A stretch of 64,000 bases of DNA, taken from the NCBI GenBank assembly GCA_964057225.1, contig OZ059897.1, positions 1,488,001 to 1,552,000 on the forward strand, in the 5' to 3' direction. The DNA comes from Auanema rhodensis. Taxonomy: Eukaryota > Animalia > Nematoda. Shown here in pieces: positions 1-11,185 of this stretch; the first letter of the stretch is position 1, and each line of letters opens with the position of its first letter. Under the pieces are notes generated by a model. It saw nothing but the letters and a program-made list of their open reading frames with translations. It had not been told where the DNA came from and did no database searches. Both the position numbers and the translations under genes were made by a program.

Positions 1-490
1 AGAATTAATTTCTTCGTTGAATAACATTGTCCATCGTCTTTGCCTTGAAAAAAGAAATCTAAAAACATCTACTTTTCGTAAAATTATCTTGAAATTTTTC
101 AGGAAAATTTTTGTCAAAATGTTTTTGGAAGCAATGTTGAGTGTACATGGAAACTCAACATACACTAATGCATCATTTTTCAAACAATCATAAATAATTT
201 TTGTATTGAGCGTTTATCAATGTAGTATAGTGCATTCGATGCGGATTTTTAAGCTGCGTCGATCTGTGTTATCAGATTTGCGCTAGCTTAGAAATGCACC
301 GAGATATCAACTGATATAAGTTCACACTTATATCCTCGATTTTCACCCTGAAGAATTAATTTTTTCGTTGAATAACATTGTCCATCGTCTTCGCCTGGAA
401 AAAAGAAATCTAAAAACATCTACTTTTGGTAGAATTATTTTGAAATTTTTCAGGAAAATTTTGTCTTTTGTCAAAATGTTTTTGGAATCA

Positions 491-518
491 ATGTTGAGTG
501 TACATGGAAACTCAACAT
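491..518. other. Inverted repeat A in each monomer: 9-bp perfect stem, 10-nt loop
   Basis: ATGTTGAGT (491-499), GTACATGGAA, ACTCAACAT (510-518); the arms are exact reverse complements. Confidence 0.9.
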
Positions 519-601
519 ACACTAATGCAACATTTTTCAAACGATCATAACTAATTTTTGTATTGAGCGTTTCTTAATGTATTATAGTGCATTCGATGCG
601 G

Positions 602-652
602 ATTTTTAAGCTGCTTCGATCTGTGTTATCAGATTTGCGCTAGCTTAAAAAT
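602..652. other. Inverted repeat B in monomers: 11-bp outer stem plus 5-bp inner stem
   Basis: ATTTTTAAGCT (602-612) pairs with AGCTTAAAAAT (642-652). Nested inside, ATCTG (619-623) pairs with CAGAT (630-634) around TGTTAT. The outer stem is disrupted in GCAAAG-type and ATTTTAAAGCT-type monomers. Confidence 0.88.
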
Positions 653-669
653 GCACCAAGATATCAACT

Positions 670-691
670 GATATAAGTTCACACTTATATC
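670..691. other. Inverted repeat C in each monomer: 9-bp perfect stem, 4-nt loop, overlapping a 14-bp quasi-palindrome
   Basis: GATATAAGT (670-678), TCAC, ACTTATATC (683-691). It overlaps ATATCA-AC-TGATAT (661-674). Confidence 0.9.
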
Positions 692-1400
692 CTCGATTTT
701 CACCCTGAAGAATTAATTTTTTCGTTGATTAACATTGTCCATCGTCTTTGCCTTGAAAAAAGGAATCTAAAAACATCTACATTTGTGAAATTATTTTGAA
801 ATTTTTTGGCAAAATTTTTGTCAAAATGTTTTTGGAAGCAATGTTGAGTGTACATGGAAACTCAACATACACTAATGCATCATTTTTCAAACGATCATAA
901 CTAATTTTTGTATTGAGCGTTTTTTAATGTATTATAGTGCATTCGATACGGATTTTTAAGCTGCTTCGATCTGTGTTATCAGATTTGCGCTAGCAAAGAA
1001 ATGCACCGAGATATCAACTGATATAAGTTCACACTTATATCCTCGATTTTCACCCTGAAGAATTAATTTTTTCGTTGATTAACATTGTCCATCGTCTTTG
1101 CCTTGAAAAAAGGAATCTAAAAACATTTACTTTTTGTGAAATTATTTTGAAATTTTTTGGCAAAATTTTTGTCAAAATGTTTTTGAAAGCAATGTTGAGT
1201 GTATATGGAAACTCAACATACACTAATGCAACATTTTTCAAACGATCATAACTAATTTTTGTATTGAGCGTTTCTGAATGTATTATAGTGCATTCGATGC
1301 GGATTTTTAAGCTGCTTCGATCTGTGTTATCAGATTTGCGCTAGCTTAAAAATGCACCGAGATATCAACTGATATAAGTTCACACTTATATCCTCGATTT

Positions 1401-1751
1401 TCACCCTGAAGAATTAATTTTTTCGTTGATTAACATTGTCCATCGTCTTTGCCTTGAAAAAAGGAATCTAAAAACATCTACTTTTTGTGAAATTATTTTG
1501 AAATTTTTTGGCAAAATTTTTGTCAAAATGTTTTTGGAAGCAATGTTGAGTGTACATGGAAACTCAACATACACTAATGCATCATTTTTCAAACGATCAT
1601 AACCAATTTTTGTATTGAGCGTTTTTTAATGTATTATAGTGCATTCGATACGGATTTTTAAGCTGCTTCGATCTGTGTTATCAGATTTGCGCTAGCAAAG
1701 AAATGCACCGAGATATCAACTGATATAAGTTCACACTTATATCCTCGATTT
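1401..1751. repeat. Representative 351-bp monomer (about 31% GC)
   Basis: Anchor-to-anchor distance is 351 bp; I counted about 109 G+C by hand. Confidence 0.97.
1481..1540. repeat. Internal ~12-bp degenerate sub-repeat / phased T-A tract region, present in every monomer
   Basis: tttttgtgaaat-tattttgaaat-tttttggcaaaat-ttttgtcaaaat-gtttttggaag, i.e. T4-6-G-N0-2-A2-4 units about 11-13 bp apart. Confidence 0.85.
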
Positions 1752-3491
1752 TCATCCTGAAGAATTAATTTTTTCGTTGATTAACATTGTCCATCGTCTT
1801 TGCCTTGAAAAAAGGAATCTAAAAACATCTACTTTTGTGAAATTATTTTGAAATTTTTTGGCAAAATTTTTGTCAAAATGTTTTTGAAAGCAATGTTGAG
1901 TGTACATGGAAACTCAACATACACTAATGCAACATTTTTCAAACGATCATAACTAATTTTTGTATTGAGCGTTTCTTAATGTATTATAGTGCATTCGATG
2001 CAGATTTTTAAGCTGCTTCGATCTGTGTTATCAGATTTGCGCTAGCAAAGAAATGCACCGAGATATCAACTGATATAAGTTCACACTTATATCCTCGATT
2101 TTCACCCTGAAGAATTAATTTTTTCGTTGATTAACATTGTCCATCGTCTTTGCCTTGAAAAAAGGAATCTAAAAACATTTACTTTTTGTGAAATTATTTT
2201 GAAATTTTTTGGCAAAATTTTTGTCAAAATGTTTTTGAAAGCAATGTTGAGTGTACATGGAAACTCAACATACACTAATGCAACATTTTTCAAACGATCA
2301 TAACTAATTTTCGTATTGAGCGTTTCTTAATGTATTATAGTGCATTCGATGCGGATTTTTAAGCTGCTTCGATCTGTGTTATCAGATTTGCGCTAGCTTA
2401 AAAATGCACCAAGATATCAACTGATATAAGTTCACACTTATATCCTCGATTTTCACCCTGAAGAATTAATTTTTTCGTTGATTAACATTGTCCATCGTCT
2501 TTGCCTTGAAAAAAGGAATCTAAAAACATCTACTTTTGTGAAATTATTTTGAAATTTTTCGGCAAAATTTTTGTCAAAATGTTTTTGAAAGCAATGTTGA
2601 GTGTACATGGAAACTCAACATACACTAATGCAACATTTTTCAAACGATCATAACTAATTTTTGTATTGAGCGTTTCTTAATGTATTATAGTGCATTCGAG
2701 GCGGATTTTTAAGCTGCTTCGATCTGTGTTATCAGATTTGCGCTAGCTTAAAAATGCACCGAGATATCAACTGATATAAGTTCACACTTATATCCTCGAT
2801 TTTCACCCTGAAGAATTAATTTTTTCGTTGATTAACATTGTCCATCGTCTTTGCCTTGAAAAAAGGAATCTAAAAACATCTACTTTTTGTGAAATTATTT
2901 TGAAATTTTTTGGCAAAATTTTTGTCAAAATGTTTTTGGAAGCAATGTTGAGTGTACATGGAAACTCAACATACACTAATGCATCATTTTTCAAACGATC
3001 ATAACTAATTTTTGTATTGAGCGTTTTTTAATGTATTATAGTGCATTCGATACGGATTTTTAAGCTGCTTCGATCTGTGTTATCAGATTTGCGCTAGCAA
3101 AGAAATGCACCGAGATATCAACTGATATAAGTTCACACTTATATCCTCGATTTTCACCCTGAAGAATTAATTTTTTCGTTGATTAACATTGTCCATCGTC
3201 TTTGCCTTGAAAAAAGGAATTTAAAAACATCTACTTTTGTGAAATTATTTTGAAATTTTTTGTCAAAATGTTTTTGAAAGCAATGTTGAGTGTACATGGA
3301 AACTCAACATACACTAATGCATCATTTTTCAAACGATCATAACTAATTTTTGTATTGAGCGTTTCTTAATGTATTATAGTGCATTCGATGCGGATTTTTA
3401 AGCTGCTTCGATCTGTGTTATCAGATTTGCGCTAGCTTAAAAATGCACCAAGATATCAACTGATATAAGTTCACACTTATATCCTCGATTT

Positions 3492-6400
3492 TCACCCTGA
3501 AGAATTAATTTTTTCGTTGATTAACATTGTCCATCGTCTTTGCCTTGAAAAAAGGAATCTAAAAACATCTACTTTTGTGAAATTATTTTGAAATTTTTTG
3601 TCAAAATGTTTTTGAAAGCAATGTTGAGTGTACATGGAAACTCAACATACACTAATGCAACATTTTTCAAACGATCATAACTAATTTTTGTATTGAGCGT
3701 TTCTTAATGTATTATAGTGCATTCGATGCGGATTTTTAAGCTGCTTCGATCTGTGTTATCAGATTTGCGCTAGCTTAAAAATGCACCAAGATATCAACTG
3801 ATATAAGTTCACACTTATATCCTCGATTTTCACCCTGAAGAATTAATTTTTTCGTTGATTAGCTTGTCCATCGTCTTTGCCTTGAAAAAAGAAATCTAAA
3901 AACATCTACTTTTTGTGAAATTATTTTGAAATTTTTTGGCAAAATTTTTGTCAAAATGTTTTTGGAAGCAATGTTGAGTGTACATGGAAACTCAACATAC
4001 ACTAATGCATCATTTTTCAAACGATCATAACTAATTTTTGTATTGAGCGTTTCTTAATGTATTATAGTGCATTCGATGCGGATTTTTAAGCTGCTTCGAT
4101 CTGTGTTATCAGATTTGCGCTAGCTTAAAAATGCACCAAGATATCAACTGATATAAGTTCACACTTATATCCTCGATTTTCACCCTGAAGAATTAATTTT
4201 TTCGTTGATTAGCTTGTCCATCGTCTTTGCCTTGAAAAAAGGAATCTAAAAACATCTACTTTTTGTGAAATTATTTTGAAATTTTTTGGCAAAATTTTTG
4301 TCAAAATGTTTTTGGAATCAATGTTGAGTGTACATGGAAACTCAACATACACTAATGCAACATTTTTCAAACAATCATAAATAATTTTTGTATTGAGCGT
4401 TTCTCAATGTATTATAGTGCATTCGATACGGATTTTTAAGCTGCTTCGATCTGTGTTATCAGATTTGCGCTAGCAAAGAAATGCACCGAGATATCAACTG
4501 ATATAAGTTCACACTTATATCCTCGATTTTCACCCTGAAGAATTAATTTTTTCGTTGATTAGCTTGTCCATCGTCTTTGCCTTGAAAAAAGAAATCTAAA
4601 AACATCTACTTTTTGTGAAATTATTTTGAAATTTTTTGGCAAAATTTTTGTCAAAATGTTTTTGGAAGCAATGTTGAGTGTACATGGAAACTCAACATAC
4701 ACTAATGCAACATTTTTCAAACGATCATAACTAATTTTTGTATTGAGCGTTTCTTAATGTATTATAGTGCATTCGATGCGGATTTTTAAGCTGCTTCGAT
4801 CTGTGTTATCAGATTTGCGCTAGCTTAAAAATGCACCAAGATATCAACTGATATAAGTTCACACTTATATCCTCGATTTTCACCCTGAAGAATTAATTTT
4901 TTCGTTGATTAACATTGTCCATCGTCTTTGCCTTGAAAAAAGGAATCTAAAAACATTTACTTTTTGTGAAATTATTTTGAAATTTTTTGGCAAAATTTTT
5001 GTCAAAATGTTTTTGAAAGCAATGTTGAGTGTACATGGAAACTCAACATACACTAATGCAACATTTTCCAAACGATTATAACTAATTTTTGTATTGAGCG
5101 TTTCTGAATGTTTTATAGTGCATTCGATGCGGATTTTTAAGCTGCTTCGATCTGTGTTATCAGATTTGCGCTAGCTTAAAAATGCACCGAGATATCAACT
5201 GATATAAGTTCACACTTATATCCTCGATTTTCACCCTGAAGAATTAATTTTTTCGTTGATTAACATTGTCCATCGTCTTTGCCTTGAAAAAAGGAATCTA
5301 AAAACATCTACTTTTTGTGAAATTATTTTGAAATTTTTTGGCAAAATTTTTGTCAAAATGTTTTTGGAAGCAATGTTGAGTGTACATGGAAACTCAACAT
5401 ACACTAATGCATCATTTTTCAAACGATCATAACTAATTTTTGTATTGAGCGTTTTTTAATGTATTATAGTGCATTCGATACGGATTTTTAAGCTGCTTCG
5501 ATCTGTGTTATCAGATTTGCGCTAGCAAAGAAATGCACCGAGATATCAACTGATATAAGTTCACACTTATATCCTCGATTTTCACCCTGAAGAATTAATT
5601 TTTTCGTTGATTAACATTGTCCATCGTCTTTGCCTTGAAAAAAGGAATCTAAAAACATCTACTTTTGTGAAATTATTTTGAAATTTTTTGTCAAAATGTT
5701 TTTGAAAGCAATGTTGAGTGTACATGGAAACTCAACATACACTAATGCAACATTTTTCAAACGATCATAACTAATTTTTGTATTGAGCGTTTCTTAATGT
5801 ATTATAGTGCATTCGATGCGGATTTTTAAGCTGCTTCGATCTGTGTTATCAGATTTGCGCTAGCTTGAAAATGCACCAAGATATCAACTGATATAAGTTC
5901 ACACTTATATCCTCGATTTTCACCCTGAAGAATTAATTTTTTCGTTGATTAGCTTGTCCATCGTCTTTGCCTTGAAAAAAGGAATCTAAAAACATCTACT
6001 TTTTGTGAAATTATTTTGAAATTTTTTGGCAAAATTTTTGTCAAAATGTTTTTGGAAGCAATGTTGAGTGTACATGGAAACTCAACATACACTAATGCAT
6101 CATTTTTCAAACGATCATAACTAATTTTTGTATTGAGCGTTTCTTAATGTATTATAGTGCATTCGATGCGGATTTTTAAGCTGCTTCGATCTGTGTTATC
6201 AGATTTGCGCTAGCTTAAAAATGCACCAAGATATCAACTGATATAAGTTCACACTTATATCCTCGATTTTCACCCTGAAGAATTAATTTTTTCGTTGATT
6301 AGCTTGTCCATCGTCTTTGCCTTGAAAAAAGGAATCTAAAAACATCTACTTTTTGTGAAATTATTTTGAAATTTTTTGGCAAAATTTTTGTCAAAATGTT

Positions 6401-6969
6401 TTTGGAATCAATGTTGAGTGTACATGGAAACTCAACATACACTAATGCAACATTTTTCAAACAATCATAAATAATTTTTGTATTGAGCGTTTCTCAATGT
6501 ATTATAGTGCATTCGATACGGATTTTTAAGCTGCTTCGATCTGTGTTATCAGATTTGCGCTAGCAAAGAAATGCACCGAGATATCAACTGATATAAGTTC
6601 ACACTTATATCCTCGATTTTCACCCTGAAGAATTAATTTTTTCGTTGATTAGCTTGTCCATCGTCTTTGCCTTGAAAAAAGGAATCTAAAAACATCTACT
6701 TTTTGTGAAATTATTTTGAAATTTTTTGGCAAAATTTTTGTCAAAATGTTTTTGGAAGCAATGTTGAGTGTACATGGAAACTCAACATACACTAATGCAT
6801 CATTTTTCAAACGATCATAACTAATTTTTGTATTGAGCGTTTTTTAATGTATTATAGTGCATTCGATACGGATTTTTAAGCTGCTTCGATCTGTGTTATC
6901 AGATTTGCGCTAGCAAAGAAATGCACCGAGATATCAACTGATATAAGTTCACACTTATATCCTCGATTT
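3492..6969. repeat. Repeated 4-monomer block at a 6-monomer (2090-bp) offset
   Basis: A 338-bp deletion monomer followed by three 350-bp GATTAGCTTGTCC monomers occurs at 3492-4879 and again at 5582-6969. Confidence 0.85.
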
Positions 6970-9900
6970 TCACCCTGAAGAATTAATTTTTTCGTTGATT
7001 AACATTGTCCATCGTCTTTGCCTTGAAAAAAGGAATCTAAAAACATGTACTTTTTGTGAAATTATTTTGAAATTTTTTGGCAAAATTTTTGTCAAAATGT
7101 TTTTGAAAGCAATGTTGAGTGTACATGGAAACTCATCATACACTAATGCAACATTTTTCAAACGATCATAACTAATTTTTGTATTGAGCGTTTCTGAATG
7201 TATTATAGTGCATTCGATGCGGATTTTTAAGCTGCTTCGATCTGTGTTATCAGATTTGCGCTAGCTTAAAAATGCACCGAGATATCAACTGATATAAGTT
7301 CACACTTATATCCTCGATTTTCACCCTGAAGAATTAATTTTTTCGTTGATTAACATTGTCCATCGTCTTTGCCTTGAAAAAAGGAATCTAAAAACATCTA
7401 CTTTTTGTGAAATTATTTTGAAATTTTTCGGGAAAATTTTTGTCAAAATGTTTTTGGAAGCAATGTTGAGTGTACATGGAAACTCAACATACACTAATGC
7501 ATAATTTTTTTAAACAATCATAACTAATTTTTGTATTGAGCGTTTCTTAATGTATTATAGTGCATTCGATGCGGATTTTTAAGCTGCGTCGATCTGTGTT
7601 ATCAGATTTGAGTTAGCTTAAAAATGCACCGAGATATCAACTGATATAAGTTCACACTTATATCCTCGATTTTCACCCTGAAGAATTAATTTTTTCGTTG
7701 AATAACATTGTCCATCGTCTTTGCCTTGAAAAAAAGAATCTAAAAACATCTACTTTTTGTGAAATTATTTTGAAATTTTTTGGCAAAATTTTTGTCAAAA
7801 TGTTTTTGAAAGCAATGTTGAGTGTACATGGAAACTCATCATACACTAATGCAACATTTTTCAAACGATCATAACTAATTTTTGTATTGAGCGTTTCTGA
7901 ATGTATTATAGTGCATTCGATGCGGATTTTTAAGCTGCTTCGATCTGTGTTATCAGATTTGCGCTAGCTTAAAAATGCACCGAGATATCAACTGATATAA
8001 GTTCACACTTATATCCTCGATTTTCACCCTGAAGAATTAATTTTTTTGTTGAATAACATTGTCCATCGTCTTTGCCTTGAAAAAAAGAATCTAAAAACAT
8101 CTACTTTTAGTGAAATTATTTTGAAATTTTTCGGGAAAATTTTTGTCAAAATGTTTTTGGAAGCAATGTTGAGTGTACATGGAAACTCAACATACACTAA
8201 TGCATAATTTTTTTAAACAATCATAACTAATTTTTGTATTGAGCGTTTCTTAATGTATTATAGTGCATTCGATACGGATTTTTAAGCTGCTTCGATCTGT
8301 GTTATCAGATTTGCGCTAGCAAAGAAATGCACCGAGATATCAACTGATATAAGTTCACACTTATATCCTCGATTTTCACCCTGAAGAATTAATTTTTTCG
8401 TTGATTAACATTGTCCATCGTCTTTGCCTTGAAAAAAGGAATCTAAAAACATGTACTTTTTGTGAAATTATTTTGAAATTTTTTGGCAAAATTTTTGTCA
8501 AAATGTTTTTGAAAGCAATGTTGAGTGTACATGGAAACTCATCATACACTAATGCAACATTTTTCAAACGATCATAACTAATTTTTGTATTGAGCGTTTC
8601 TGAATGTATTATAGTGCATTCGATGCGGATTTTTAAGCTGCTTCGATCTGTGTTATCAGATTTGCGCTAGCTTAAAAATGCACCGAGATATCAACTGATA
8701 TAAGTTCACACTTATATCCTCGATTTTCACCCTGAAGAATTAATTTTTTCGTTGAATAACATTGTCCATCGTCTTTGCCTTGAAAAAAAGAATCTAAAAA
8801 CATCTACTTTTTGTGAAATTATTTTGAAATTTTTCAGGAAAATTTTTGTCAAAATGTTTTTGGAATCAATGTTGAGTGTACATGGAAACTCAACATACAC
8901 TAATGCATAATTTTTTAAACGATCATAACTAATTTTTGTATTGAGCGTTTCTGAATGTATTATAGTGCATTCGATGCGGATTTTTAAGCTGCTTCGATCT
9001 GTGTTATCAGATTTGAGTTAGCTTAAAAATGCACCGAGATATCAACTGATATAAGTTCACACTTATATCCTCGATTTTCACCCTGAAGAATTAATTTTTT
9101 CGTTGAATAACATTGTCCATCGTCTTTGCCTTGAAAAAAAGAATCTAAAAACATCTACTTTTTGTGAAATTATTTTGAAATTTTTTGGCAAAATTTTTGT
9201 CAAAATGTTTTTGAAAGCAATGTTGAGTGTACATGGAAACTCATCATACACTAATGCAACATTTTTCAAACGATCATAACTAATTTTTGTATTGAGCGTT
9301 TCTGAATGTATTATAGTGCATTCGATGCGGATTTTTAAGCTGCTTCGATCTGTGTTATCAGATTTGCGCTAGCTTAAAAATGCACCGAGATATCAACTGA
9401 TATAAGTTCACACTTATATCCTCGATTTTCACCCTGAAGAATTAATTTTTTCGTTGAATAACATTGTCCATCGTCTTTGCCTTGAAAAAAAGAATCTAAA
9501 AACATCTACTTTTTGTGAAATTATTTTGAAATTTTTCGGGAAAATTTTTGTCAAAATGTTTTTGGAAGCAATGTTGAGTGTACATGGAAACTCAACATAC
9601 ACTAATGCATAATTTTTTTAAACAATCATAACTAATTTTTGTATTGAGCGTTTCTTAATGTATTATAGTGCATTCGATACGGATTTTTAAGCTGCTTCGA
9701 TCTGTGTTATCAGATTTGCGCTAGCAAAGAAATGCACCGAGATATCAACTGATATAAGTTCACACTTATATCCTCGATTTTCACCCTGAAGAATTAATTT
9801 TTTCGTTGATTAACATTGTCCATCGTCTTTGCCTTGAAAAAAGGAATCTAAAAACATGTACTTTTTGTGAAATTATTTTGAAATTTTTTGGCAAAATTTT

Positions 9901-11185
9901 TGTCAAAATGTTTTTGAAAGCAATGTTGAGTGTACATGGAAACTCATCATACACTAATGCAACATTTTTCAAACGATTATAACTAATTTTTGTATTGAGC
10001 GTTTCTGAATGTATTATAGTGCATTCGATGCGGATTTTTAAGCTGCTTCGATCTGTGTTATCAGATTTGCGCTAGCTTAAAAATGCACCGAGATATCAAC
10101 TGATATAAGTTCACACATATATCCTCGATTTTCACCCTGAAGAATTAATTTTTTCGTTGAATAACATTGTCCATCGTCTTTGCCTTGAAAAAAAGAATCT
10201 AAAAACATCTACTTTTTGTGAAATTATTTTGAAATTTTTCGGGAAAATTTTTGTCAAAATGTTTTTGGAAGCAATGTTGAGTGTACATGGAAACTCAACA
10301 TACACTAATGCATAATTTTTTTAAACAATCATAACTAATTTTTGTATTGAGCGTTTCTTAATGTATTATAGTGCATTCGATACGGATTTTTAAGCTGCTT
10401 CGATCTGTGTTATCAGATTTGCGCTAGCAAAGAAATGCACCGAGATATCAACTGATATAAGTTCACACTTATATCCTCGATTTTCACCCTGAAGAATTAA
10501 TTTTTTCGTTGATTAACATTGTCCATCGTCTTTGCCTTGAAAAAAGGAATCTAAAAACATGTACTTTTTGTGAAATTATTTTGAAATTTTTTGGCAAAAT
10601 TTTTGTCAAAATGTTTTTGAAAGCAATGTTGAGTGTACATGGAAACTCATCATACACTAATGCAACATTTTTCAAACGATTATAACTAATTTTTGTATTG
10701 AGCGTTTCTGAATGTATTATAGTGCATTCGATGCGGATTTTTAAGCTGCTTCGATCTGTGTTATCAGATTTGCGCTAGCTTAAAAATGCACCGAGATATC
10801 AACTGATATAAGTTCACACTTATATCCTCGATTTTCACCCTGAAGAATTAATTTTTTCGTTGAATAACATTGTCCATCGTCTTTGCCTTGAAAAAAAGAA
10901 TCTAAAAACATCTACTTTTTGTGAAATTATTTTGAAATTTTTCAGGAAAATTTTTGTCAAAATGTTTTTGGAATCAATGTTGAGTGTACATGGAAACTCA
11001 ACATACACTAATGCATAATTTTTTAAACGATCATAACTAATTTTTGTATTGAGCGTTTCTGAATGTATTATAGTGCATTCGATGCGGATTTTTAAGCTGC
11101 TTCGATCTGTGTTATCAGATTTGCGCTAGCTTAAAAATGCACCGAGATATCAACTGATATAAGTTCACACTTATATCCTCGATTT
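6970..11185. repeat. Dimeric higher-order repeat (702-703 bp), 6 units
   Basis: Monomers carrying ACTCATCAT start at 6970, 7673, 8376, 9078, 9781 and 10484, alternating with GCATAATTTTTT(T)AAAC monomers. Confidence 0.88.

Noticed and set aside
348-518. Hammerhead ribozyme core (CTGAAGA fits CUGANGA; GAAAC next to a stem), as known from newt, schistosome and cave-cricket satellites
   Set aside because: No stem II links CTGAAGA to an adjacent GAAA. The triplet at the candidate stem III is GUG rather than NUH, and no stem I partner for the bases before CTGAAGA is evident, even across monomers. An Infernal search with Rfam hammerhead models on a dimer would settle it.
368-550. Plus-strand ORFs at 368-550 and 24542-24772
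   Set aside because: They pass the length threshold only because of the 6-bp and 54-bp insertions in those monomers, and they use non-ATG starts.
670-700. Rho-independent terminator (hairpin C followed by Ts)
   Set aside because: The stem is AT-rich, the T run is short and offset, there is no upstream gene, and the context appears eukaryotic.
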